A stretch of DNA of 35,517 bases from Bigelowiella natans CCMP2755 (Eukaryota > Protista > Cercozoa), in the NCBI GenBank assembly GCA_000320545.1, contig ADNK01002422.1, forward strand, positions 1-35,517. Reading direction: 5' to 3'. A model generated the notes under the pieces. The model searched no databases. It was not told the DNA's origin and saw only the letters and a list, made by a program, of their open reading frames with translations. Within the stretch, counting starts at the first letter, position 1; each line of letters starts with the position of its first letter. Of the stretch, positions 12,001 to 23,340 are shown piece after piece. Position numbers and translations under genes: made by a program.

Positions 12001-15000
12001 CGCTCAGATCCGTTGAGAAGCAATTTGCACCAGTAGGAGAGGATGGGAATGGCGTGGGGGGCATGGATTGGTCTGGGATCTGCTTATTTGCAACCGGAAT
12101 ATGCGAAAGTCAGCAAACACTTAATACTAAAAACCAGATTGATCAGAGTGAAATTCATTCGTACATACATTGCGTTTTAATTTTTGCCAAAACAATATCG
12201 AATTGTCCCTAGATTCACTAGAAAAGTTTCGACGTTTAGATGGCGCCTAACCTCAATGACTGGAGTTGGAAATGTAGTTGGACGCAGTGTGGGAAGTACA
12301 CTAGTTGGCTCATTCGTCGGTGGGAGGGTGTCCTGCGGCATTTCTGCTGCAGCCTGAAGTTCTCCCCATTCAGGAAGCTCGCCTGTGCAATCTAAACAGT
12401 CCTCGGAAAGGAACCTATTATTCATACATGATGATATACAGTTGTTCTTTCATCGGCGATTTGTTCAGAGTGCTGATGATCTATCAAACTGATATTATCA
12501 GTACCAGTTGCGGCTGCTTTCAACATTTATCGATCTCGCGCTTGATGGCAAGTTATCCTTAAAAACATAAAAAGGGATAATCAACTAGCTAGCATCGGAC
12601 AAAGAATTACGATACGCTGAAGAATTATTCATCATTTTCGCATTAATTATTACATGTCGAATACCATATAGCTTGCACAATCCAAACAGAATCCGTTGAA
12701 CTCCCATCGAGGTGGTGGAGGGTTAAGCGGTTCAGGTAGAGGCAAAAACTCAACCTGCAATAAAGTTTATAATTGAATAGTTCATCAAGCATTAGCAACG
12801 CTGCGAATCTGGGAGCTTTAGTCGATTACCCGCTCAACCAGTGTCCAACACGTCGAATAGAATATTGGATCCTTCACAAGGTCAAACACAAAGAGAATGA
12901 TTAATTCTTTTGTTTGAGAATAATTATCAAAAGGAATCTCGGGACATTCTGCATAGATAAATTGGTATGCCTTTACCTCTGGATCTGCGACGATGAGATA
13001 CTCCGGTAGCGTACGAGTTGGTTGACCTATATTTTCAGGTTCACAACGAAGCTTTCGAAGATAATCTCGGATTGACTCTGCAATTTGCTAACATAAATAT
13101 CATCAACTTACGTGCTTCAACTCCGTAACAGACCCGTGGGATATTTTCGCCGTCCCCCGACATAACAGCTTGAGTTGCCTCTTGGGCACCCGGTATCTAA
13201 AGGTATTACATGAATACGATTGATGTAGACATGAGAACTTCCACATATTTTTGAAATGTAAAAAACCTGAGACCGGTACACATTGATGTCTAAAATCGGC
13301 AAGAATCGATTATTTCCTCGGGCCCGAACGCGTATATATTGTCCTAATGCATATTATATAAAACGAAGCCTTAGTCAACGCCCAATGCTTTGGAAAATGA
13401 AGTACCAGTCTGGCCACCACAGTCAACTTGCAACCCGCATATATTTTCAGAGTACTGTAACAAATAGCGCGAGAAAGGGTTAGAAAATGGATGCAAACAG
13501 AGGCCAAAGAAACAAGTACCCGATCTTGCTGGCAGGTAATGGCGGAATCGATGATACCGCACGTTACTTCCTGTTCCTGGTCGGGACAACTAGTACAGAA
13601 TATCAGATAAATCTTTTGAAAACTCTAAATATGATGAAATGTGGGAAGTTACTCTTGTCCAGAACATGGCGTATTCGAGAGAGAAACAGTCACACCGCCG
13701 TTAAGGAACCTCCCCCAAGCCTATTGAGCAATTGGACACAATTAGATAGGAAAATATATAGACGGCGTCCTGTAAAGGGAAAAGTGGTTAATGCCTGTGT
13801 TGCTCCTTCGGTAAGTCTTCCCTGATTGCCCAATGGAGCAGTCCCAGAGAAGACATCGACGAAGAGATCTAATAGATGTTCCACAGAAGTTATAACGACC
13901 AAGGCTGCCTCTCATTACGAATAAATTCTTAATACCATATTGGTTGGCATTTCTAATCTCAGAGTAATAACTGAGGCCCTCATAGTGACAAACAGGCCTT
14001 TGATTCTAGAACAAATGCACATCAGAGAGTTGATACTATTTGCAGCGGATATCTTCATACCTGGAAGAACCAATACATTGCGCAGTCTAATAAATCAGTA
14101 TTCGTCTCTTTCCTCCCTTCTGGGTACCTCCCTACGTGTAGCGTGGATGGATTATTCAAATAATCGTTTACTCCTCTTACATGGTCGGCTAATACTAGCA
14201 CTGTATTAGATAAATTTGTTACCAAGTTCGAAATCTAGAGCTCCAGGGATTCGTATCGATACAATACCCACGGGGGCAGTAGGATCATCCTTGGGATTAA
14301 CAATAGAGTTTCAGGATTGAATCGTGAGAGAATAAAAATCTGTGCGGTCTAATTGACACATCAGAGGCGCACGTCCAATAATGAGCTACCAGGGTGACTT
14401 GAGACCAAGCCTCTTGCGCTGGAAAAGCAACTGGAACCCATGCCAATGGCATCGCGCTCATTAAATAATCAATTCTTAGCCTACCAGTTATGATAACATT
14501 AATATCACTCCAAGGTTGACACGACGCATTAAATCAGATGATAAGATCAAGTGTGTTTGTATTCTGTCTCACACCAATGAAGGTCAGGACAAATGGCCTC
14601 CTTACCGTCTTCGGACTAACAAAGTAGAGATAGTTGGAAATGAGGGGTTACTGACCAATCAAACCTCTCGTTGCTTTTAAAGCAACTTAGTCATCTAGAA
14701 CTAAACTCACCCCAACGTTAATGAGTACGCCGAACTCTCCAGTCATTGTTGAGATGGTAAACTTCCCATCCGTCACTTCAATTGTATGTGTCTATGGAAA
14801 GCAAACGTTATAAAAAACCAAATTTTAAGTGTATGTTAGGCGAGTAATTGACTAATCTTCAGCAAAGCAATATGAATCTGGCATTCAGTGATATGCATTG
14901 TGGACATATGGTCGGCCGAACCTTTGCGGCATTATTCTGTCTTGCACGACGAGTATGGACTCTAGCATTTTCAAAAATACATCCAGTTATTCTAGCTTGG

Positions 15001-15333
15001 CCAGCGGCTCCCTGTTCAAAGAACCATTTTCCCTCATTCAATTGAATAAATCATTTTGAATCTATTATAGCTTAACGTACCGAAAAATGCGTGATTTGGT
15101 AAACACCGTTTGGTAACTAATTTTATCGTTTTCGAATCAGAGTCCATTGTGATTAGTACAACTAAATCCTTTAGGGTTAGAACTTGAAAAGATACATCAA
15201 CTTCCCAGATTTGTGGCTGGTTGGCACCGCAACGGTTTCTCCTAGCCCAATTCAGTAGGCCTGCCTATTGTACAATATTCAAGCACAGAAACGTATACAA
15301 AGTAATACTTTCACGTAACAGACATACATTGAG

Positions 15334-15374
<41 letters not shown>

Positions 15375-18300
15375 GTACATACACACACACACATACAGAC
15401 ACATATATAAATGTAAACGTATTATATATGGTCTATTCATATTAGTATACAAGCGGATATTTACTACTGAAATTATAAAACAAATATAGACGTTACCCCT
15501 GTTCTTTCTGGAGTTGCGCCATGAGTTACAATATTCTACATTGAGGAAACAGAATAATTCTCATACAACTGATTAAATAAAAAACTGGCATTGTGTCTTC
15601 ACCGGTTCGAAGTTGCTCTGTAATATTTGATCATTTGCTTGACATCTCCATCCATATTGCACAGTTCCATCGTAAGGAGCTACTCCGCCTCTTCCGACTC
15701 CTCCAGGCCATGGCGTCGTTCCCGTTTGAGCTAAATGTGTAGTGTTTAGAAAATAAAGTATTCAACCAAGATTCCGATCGAAATGTGTGACTAAGCAAAA
15801 TTACGATATGCTTTTCCAGTATCGACGATAAATCCGGGAGGCGTTGTCTCAACTCCGTTATAGTTCTCGGGACGGAAATCGAAAAACAGAGTGAACTGTG
15901 GTCCTCCCACCGGGTGCGTAGAGTTTCCTTTTTTCAATCAGTAGTCATCAGATTGGATTGTCTGTAACAGTCTTTTAAACCAGTTCAAATCGGCAGAAGA
16001 GTTACAAAATCGATTATCATTCTAATTCCATTCAAACCTCTAGCCCAGTTCTGTGGGTTCTGAAACCTAAGATGAAGGGGAACCATGGAGTAGCCTTAAG
16101 TGTCTGACATCTTTTGATAAATATCGAAATTGTATACATGCTAATAATGGTATCATATCAGGCTATTTATTTATACACTCGTGCTTGATCATTCTACGTA
16201 CTCTTGATCTTGAGCTTGATTGATTACTCTTCGCTCGAAGACAATCCAATTTGAATCGATCCTATCGTTATAACCCTCTCGGCATGTCTTGAACCTCCAG
16301 CTGATAAAATAAGATGCACACAAGCAAAAATCATTGAACATGTGTGGTGTTCGATATTTAGCGGTGAATAATGTTACATGTTCGGTTCCCTGATCATTCG
16401 CTGCAAATCGGCAACGTTGCTTGGATCGACATCTTGGCCATGCTCCCAGTTTATTCCTCTATGTTAAAAGAAGACCATGATGAGACCGAGTGCCGTCTTC
16501 ACGGACGGGCATGGTATTAATATACGGAGGTTATTCGCATTACACGCAGGTTGGGTCTCCATTGCAAGTGGCTATCGCAGATACAAAAGTATCCCTTGCT
16601 TGAACAGAGCTTAGTAGAAAGGAACAGCAGATTATCGGATACAAACTATATCAATAATTGAAAACACAGGCCTACTTGCGACACTCAATTCCGGGTCTTG
16701 TAGTCTACATGGTTAATGAACTCAATATCAAATAATGGAACTCAACAACTGTGTGACTATAGGCTGAAGAAAATATGACCGAAATCCAAGTAAGTATATC
16801 GTAATCCGAGTGTGTCAAACTATTTGGCGAGGTTAGCCTCATCATCCTAGGTTCGATATATCAAATTACAATTATAATATACTCTAAGAGTACTTGGCAC
16901 TAAGAAAAAAACATTACGGAGAATTTAATGCGATGTCGATATGATCGCGAGGCCATTCAATAACTGCCATCCATCGTATAAATATCAAGAACCTCTGTGA
17001 GGAATAATCGAACGTACTATATTCTCTTTAGAGCAACGTGAATAGCATAGTCAATAAACTTAAGGAATAAGAATATTATAGATTTCATGCATATGTAATC
17101 GGCATACCGTCTGTTTCTGATATCTCGTACTCAAAGCTTGTTGGTAGCGCAACCTTTATAGAATAAATACGTGCAAAGAATATACTCAATATCTCTCAAC
17201 TCTCGCACCCATTTTTTTCATTATTTAGATTACCTCATCCCTTATTGAAGACAAAACAGAATTGGGATTCACAATCGGAACAGCATTTATCCCCTTAAAT
17301 CAAAGCATATGATTTAGAACATAAATCTTTTTTCTCGGAATGAGTTTTTTGGATTTCTACCAAAAGACCAACGCTGCGTATGTTCTCAACACCACTGCCT
17401 GCTGCCACTTGAACATTTGCAAGACACTCCGAAATCTGATAATTAGTATTTTCGTAAGCATTGCTCGTACGATCTAGGTTAGAATTCTATATACAGTATC
17501 CGTGGCGTTGTATATTCCTGATGTAAATCCTTGCGGCTGAACAAAACATAGAGAAGTTTATATCTTCATATATCACGATATTATAACCACTATGCTCTCT
17601 GTTATTTGCAGATTACATATTATTTGAAAATAAAATACATGCTCACCTGTATGAACTGGCAGTGATCAAGGCGGTTGATGTCAAATACTAGAAATGCGAA
17701 AATGATTTAAGAACGAATATTGAGATTGAATTTCAATGTAAGAAATACCCCCGGCCTGCAAGACTCCATAGATATCACTTTCCGGAATGATGGTGCTTTG
17801 CGGATGGACGTTTACCTTTCAATATTAATAGCATTTTTATTAAATAATAGGACAGTAATGATTATATTTGAATTCCTGCTGTACAATAGTTTTTAGAAAC
17901 ATTTCTTACATCAATGGCGTCGTAGTAGCCATTCCATATCCAATGTACAATGTAATGATTTCCTTTGTTCTGAGAGCAATATTGATTGCTAAGATCAAGG
18001 GAGATTTCAAATGATAACAGCAATTTCCCCTAAATCCCTTGAATGGGAATTTAAACTCAAAGAGGACATATTATTCCCAATCAGAAATAATATTTAGTTG
18101 CAAATTCAGGTAATCGAACCGGCTGCAGAGGGATACTCAGACACACAATGTCTTCATCTTGAGGAGCATGGTACAAATTTGGATACTGCATGGCCCCTAC
18201 AATCCAAGGATACTGAAAAATTAAAAGGTAATGCTTTAGCAAAGAATGCTAACTTATGAATAATCTACTAGATTCAAGTTTACATTGTCGTTTTGATAGA

Positions 18301-20586
18301 AAGTATAGATATCATTTGAGCGAGCTTGTGCCGTGTATGAAGTCACCGTCGGAACAGGGAAGGCGCCTTGAATCGTTAAGGTGTCAGTATAGTCACATGG
18401 CTATAATCAGATTATGCTCAATGTTTCAGCCAAAACACACTTACCGTGGTTGCAGTATAAAGAGTCAGAAGGTTGCACCTATGATAGAAGCAACTCATTC
18501 TCTATTCTCGATTTTGAATCAATAGAAACATACTTCGTTTCCATAGATACTCTCAGAGCAACTTGAGCTCGCACAGAAGTGGTATCGAGGGTGCATATCT
18601 TGCTCATTATTGGCTCCAGCAGAAGCTAAGTAATCCCGAACCATGTCGAGGTAATTATTTTGGAATGCATAGTGCTCGTCCTGGTAGTTTTTAATTTGAT
18701 AACAAAGAGAAAAAACCAAAACCCAACATGATGGAACGATAGTTAGTTACAGAAGTAATATGTAAGCAATGACTTTTTCACCACGCTGAATATGCAATCT
18801 CGTTTGGAGAGTACATTCATGTTCCCACATATATGAGTGCTATAAATGCTATTATCAACGGCTTCATATTTTTTTGTTGCTATACAAAATATCATGTTGT
18901 ATCACTTGGCCGGAGAAAATGACAATATAGTGCGTTCGGCCATGCCCAGTAGCGAATTTCATAGCAAACTCTTGGCCACTGCTGACTTGAACATGCGTAT
19001 CGGTCGTGCGTCGCTGATTGAACGGATAGGTGGTGGATGCACCCATGTCAGCTCGTCCAGGAACCTAAGAAATGATAAGATGTGAACGCATTTATCCTGA
19101 ATGCAATAATTATGTATATGCTACAAACTATCAATTGAAAATGCCAACCCACCTTAAAATGGGCATGCATCACACGGTTGATTTATTATTATCGTAGAAA
19201 TAATTTGGATAATCGATTACCAATATCCAGTTGTGCCCCTTAGCAGATTGAGGAAATATGAACAAACTTATGCAGAGGAAACAAGTAAAGATGCTCATTC
19301 CTGGGAACCATTTCAGCGACAATACTGTGTTGAAATGATGGTGACGATGACGAGAGCTTCTACTCATTCCAGTACCAAATGAATATGATTTGTGGGCTAT
19401 GTAACCGAGAAAACCGAATATGGCAAAAAGGAACCTAATTGGAGCCAATTCGTCAATTCTTTACATTAGGTGAATGATAGCAATTCCACTATCAGTGAAA
19501 AGTTCCATAAAAATAAGTATTTCCTATATCAACGGCTAGATAAATTAAACTCTAAACTCTAAACCTACCCAGCTGCGCTCGTATGAACTGTTTTGGTATT
19601 AGAAATCTTGAAGTTGCGAACCTAGAACAAACGGAAAAAAATTACGAAAATAGCTAAATTACAAAAGAATTGCTGGTGATAAGTAATGAAATGTATACCG
19701 GTGCTCTGAACTTTCTTTTCAACGAATCGACGCCGATTGATGACCGAGGTTCTGTTTGATTTAAAATCCACTTTTCCGAGACTTTTTTTGCAGGCATACT
19801 TAACAGAGCAGGTGCTCCCTGTGATCGATGCAACCAAATAGTTAATAGATTGAAAATTTGTTCAAAGGATAGCACTTTTACCGAATTCGATACGCAGAAG
19901 CAGAAACGTGTTGCATCCGGCTGAACATATGGGAGCAAAGCACCTTTATTTCAAGAATGGCTATAGGCAATTTCGAGTTCATGATATAAAAAATGCTTGT
20001 ATATCAACATAGAGTTCAGAGATTGTTTTACGTGGGAAGCCATGCATGCTGATCTCCGTGAATCGATGTCCTGCTGGGCCGAACAGAGAATAGGAGAAGA
20101 CCCGGAAAATCTATCAACTCCGTTATAGTAGCAAGAGTCTCCCTTCGCAGGAGCCACTGCGGCGCATGATGGTTCGTACGGTAGAGGGCATCCGGTAAGG
20201 CTTTCAAATGTTATTTCCATTCCAGTTGGACTGTTTACTCCCATATCGCGTAGCCCCTTTAAGAGTGAGTGGTCAGAGTGAGTATATTGCTTCTAGTACA
20301 TGTTGCGACCTGGAGGTTGCACTGAGCTCCGATGCTGGCACAAAAATCAGTGCAAGACTGTCCTTTCTCAGCTACAAACCAGAACTTACAAATAGTTATA
20401 TTAGGCTTCGAGGGTCTTTTTGGGAGGTAAAAATAATAATGACCTCGTTGGTAGGTGCAACCACGTTCTCGGTGAGGCGCAACTGTTTCAGTATGCGGCC
20501 AGGATATCTGCAATAATTACATTAGTTTGGAAACTTTACATGTATAGCTCAAAGTTCTCTAAGATGTTGAAACGTGTGCTAGTTAT

Positions 20587-20628
<42 letters not shown>

Positions 20629-21875
20629 TTAGAAACATCGAATATAAGAATCTAACCCGCCGATAGGTATCAGTCCTTGGTTCTCCATATAGCCAAAGTT
20701 AAGATCCATTCCATTTGGATAGTAAAAGAAGCCTGCCGCAGTATCACAGAATGATTGTATTGAGCGCAATTCACCTTTTTGACATAAGTACTTACCGTCA
20801 TTTGCAGGGCCAACTTTGATAAGGGCATGGAAATCAATGGTGCCTGTGCCAGCAGGAGGGGCCTGTACGATAATATTGTAACTTAGGAACCAAGAAGTAT
20901 TTACAATTAGTACAGTACCTGAAATCGAAATTCAGTTCTCAGAGGTTTGAGATCTCCCTGCGCATGCATTATGCACTCCCGATTCTGGGTGGGAGTGAAA
21001 AACGTCCGTCCTTGCTGATCTAATGGACAAAACTTTAGTCTTGGATAAAAGGAAGTTCGCAAATATTCTCAGAATAACCATTTCCGGTTGTTCGCCATTG
21101 TCCAACAAGAAATCCATCTAATAGCAGTTTTATTACTTAGCGAAGTAGCGAAGTGATCGATCTTAATGCAACTTAGGAATATTTCACCGCTGTCCTGAGC
21201 CTGGAGCGCAAGACCTCTGTACTTCATCGCGTAAAGTCGAACCTAGAATCAACTTGTTCAATACTACTTCAACAAAAAATGCCAAGTCTTTGTACTTCTA
21301 AGATGACTGTGAGCCACTCGCCGGGCGTGTACGTTGTCTTATCATCCTATGAGCATATTTGGTTAATCCCTTCTACAACAATAACATAATTTTTTTCATA
21401 CTTCTTTGAAACGAAGCTGGAACATGTCTGTATAAACTGGTCTGGCACTCTAAAATATTATGGTTCTTAATATTTATTTCAAATGAAGTGTAACACTGAG
21501 ACCAAACCCATGGCATATTTTTCCCTTGGTCACTGCAATCTAGATGATTGTAAGCCCGCACTGGATCATTATTTCGACTGATGGGAACATAACTCAGCAA
21601 TTTCGATACACATGACATGCACCATTCTCATGCGCGACCTGTACGAAGAGATACTGCAGCCAATGTTGTATTCGGTAGGTCTTACTTGCCAACAGCTCGG
21701 ATTTAATTCATCACCAATGAGACCGCTTGAAGCTCCATCTTAATTTAGTACCATCAATTATTTGTAAACATCTAACTACATAAGTTCATTTTTAGTGAAA
21801 TGAATGCTTCTCACCTACGCCTACAAGTCCAACCAAGAACGCGAATCCAACTGCTATCCGTTCCGTTCCCGTCAT
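9070..21875 (-). CDS. Giant multi-exon (about 75 exons) cell-surface polyprotein: SP, Reeler, Cys module, TM, internal signal peptide, LPMO-like His-brace domain, PAN/CBM/F-lectin-like modules, 2x DOMON, TM, Pro-rich tail
   Basis: ATG at 21875 (MTGTERIAVGFAFLVGLVGV, signal-like), then a chain of GT-AG exons spliced in frame by hand to TAG at 9070-9072. A few junctions around 13450-13750 and 15000-15500 were not fully resolved. One in-frame TAA at 10491-10493. Confidence 0.8.
9660..9805 (-). other. C-terminal transmembrane helix of the giant protein
   Basis: IGGVVGGFVALVCIVL-GAYCFL followed by the basic stop-transfer RWYKQKK. Confidence 0.8.
10000..10880 (-). other. DOMON domain 2 with putative heme ligands Met (10615-10613) and His (10181-10179)
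   Basis: YSCSIELASDLTMFWSHDG-TSISMKFTARTLGYIGFGVS....QMVGA...ITNISYIR...FIWAVG...QYH; several intron positions are shared with DOMON1. Confidence 0.85.
11020..12040 (-). other. DOMON domain 1 with putative heme ligands Met (11634-11632) and His (11118-11116)
   Basis: YRCAVSLTSTFQVFWSHDG-SRISMQFVGRTTG-WLGLGISPTSPATMIPSD..W...TTIKFQR...VVWAIG...QRH. Confidence 0.85.
13268..14330 (-). other. F-type-lectin/discoidin-like module (divergent)
   Basis: GVTVSLSNTPC...VTCG...VDCGGQT-GQYIRVRARGNNRFLPILDINVY resembles the fucolectin/FTP C-terminal pattern xCxxxxGrYvxv......LxlxEvxVy. Confidence 0.5.
14710..15930 (-). other. Galactose-binding-like/malectin-type CBM module
   Basis: FFDFRPE..PPGFIVDTGKAY...YGW...IWE..LPNGVYQIT...IEVTDGKFTIS motifs. 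Confidence 0.55.
17800..19235 (-). other. LPMO-like (histidine-brace) copper domain starting at the His codon 19235-19233
   Basis: SAKG/HNWIL-VPGRA...GQEFAMKFATGH(46)GRTHYIVI ... VCLSIPLQP-NKGNHYIVHWIWNGYYDAID-VNV. The final strands parallel the AA10 pattern xPxxxGxHvIxxxW...FYxxxDVn. Confidence 0.65.
19882..20388 (-). other. Cys-rich module resembling the MGAT5/GnT-V C-terminal domain
   Basis: WFVAEKGQSCTDFCASIGAQC...C..SC...P....CYY...SACMASH-PDATRFCFC compared with the MGAT5-type pattern GQSCxxxC...LxC ... SCAGxHPxxxRxCPC. Confidence 0.55.
20720..21440 (-). other. Reeler domain exons of the giant gene
   Basis: Spliced TYTPGEWLTVILE-VRLYAMKYRGLALQAQDS-DGFLVGQW...ECIMHAQGDLKP..EFRFQ-APPAGTGTIDFHALIK matches the Reeler pattern YxPG..V....xGxxLQA..vG.w..C..H....K....APxxGxGxxxFxA. 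Confidence 0.8.
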
Positions 21876-21959
21876 TATCCTGAATCTGTTTCGTGAATGG
21901 CAGTTAGCCTGTGCACTCAAAGGAAGCCAGGTGCAGTTTACTGTGCTTCTGAAAATTAG

Positions 21960-23340
21960 ACACGCGAGTTTTGTTTTCGATCGGTTGTGTTGCCAACAAA
22001 AGAGTGGCCATGCGGCGTTTCATGCGCGTTTTTCCCTTGTCGCGCACAGAATACGGCCTTGTCCTGCCTCGAAATTCATCAAATGCTAGAGGTTTTGTTG
22101 TGCTGCTAGATCAGAAAAAACCGTGCCTCGCACTCATCCAGTTGCGACCGTTAGACTCGAATCGTTTCTTGGTATCTTGTCGCGAACGATGAATTCAGGC
22201 TGGTTTTGCAGCGACGTAGCAGCCTACCAGCAAGTGCAGACAACTTCTGGAAGTGTGCAGTGGGTTGGTGGGCTTGTCGCAGAGGCAAGCGCTGTTGCCA
22301 GAGGCAGTTTTGCATCGATGCTTCACTCATTGTTCACTCTTCATTGTTCATTGCCAGCAATGGAATCCTTTTTTCACGAGTTGGCATGCACTTCAAGCAA
22401 GCTGTTTCACTTGTTCTGTGGAGGTTTGTTCATCGTTAGCAGGAATCCACTCCCAGAGCTCACGCACGAGGTCACGATGGTGTGAACTGGGATCCTTTCA
22501 ACTACTTCCTGTGGAATTGCATCACTTGTTCCATCAACTCACTCATTTGTCGACTTGCTCGCTTCTCTCGTGCTGGCGTGTCGTTGCATTGACTCGTTCG
22601 TGACACGCAACACCGCGTGCAACCACGTCATTGTTCACTTCCAGCAAACAACGCGTTTGAAGACACTGCATGCACTCATTCTGATCTGGCACTCGTTCGC
22701 TCGGTTGTTCACATTGATTGTGATGACTTTCCGTGCATCCTTGTGAAAACATGGCGATTTGGCAGTGCCAGAGTGTGCGGGCCAGCGGCCCCCAACTTCA
22801 CCAGAACATGCCTGCTTGCAAACTGGCACAAGCCCTCCAGCCAGGCACTGCGCCTTCCATGCTGCGCTGACAATGCGTGCCCGAACAGAACAAGCACAAG
22901 ACCAGTTCACGCTGGCACGCTGGCACGCGCGCCAGTCTAGCAGTGGGGAAGATGGAATTTGCTCAAGAAAAGCCAATGCCACACGGCGAGAGATGCAGTG
23001 CTGAGGCGGCACAATCTACTAGTCTAGACAATGTGGCACAATCCGACAATCTCTAGAATCTAGCAATGGTGGGAATGCGTCTTGCATGCTGTGCCATGCT
23101 AGCATGCATGGACGCATGTCCATTGTGCATGAGCGCACAAACCCGTCTCGCACGTGCGTCCACAGGCGTGTAGGACGATCTTCTTCAGATGTTCACTGCA
23201 TGAACCATATTGCACAGTCACAATTTTGTGCAAGCAAGGCACAGCTGTTTTGCCGCAATCTAGACACCATCGATGTGCAGAGTTGCATTAGCACAAAATT
23301 GCTCGAAACGATGTTACCACAGAAGCGACAAAGATCGGAA
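21960..23340. other. Second strongly TpA-depleted intergenic island
   Basis: Between about 22505 and 23016 only one TpA was found, inside CTAG (about 22937-22940). CA/TG-rich; CpG present. Confidence 0.8.
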
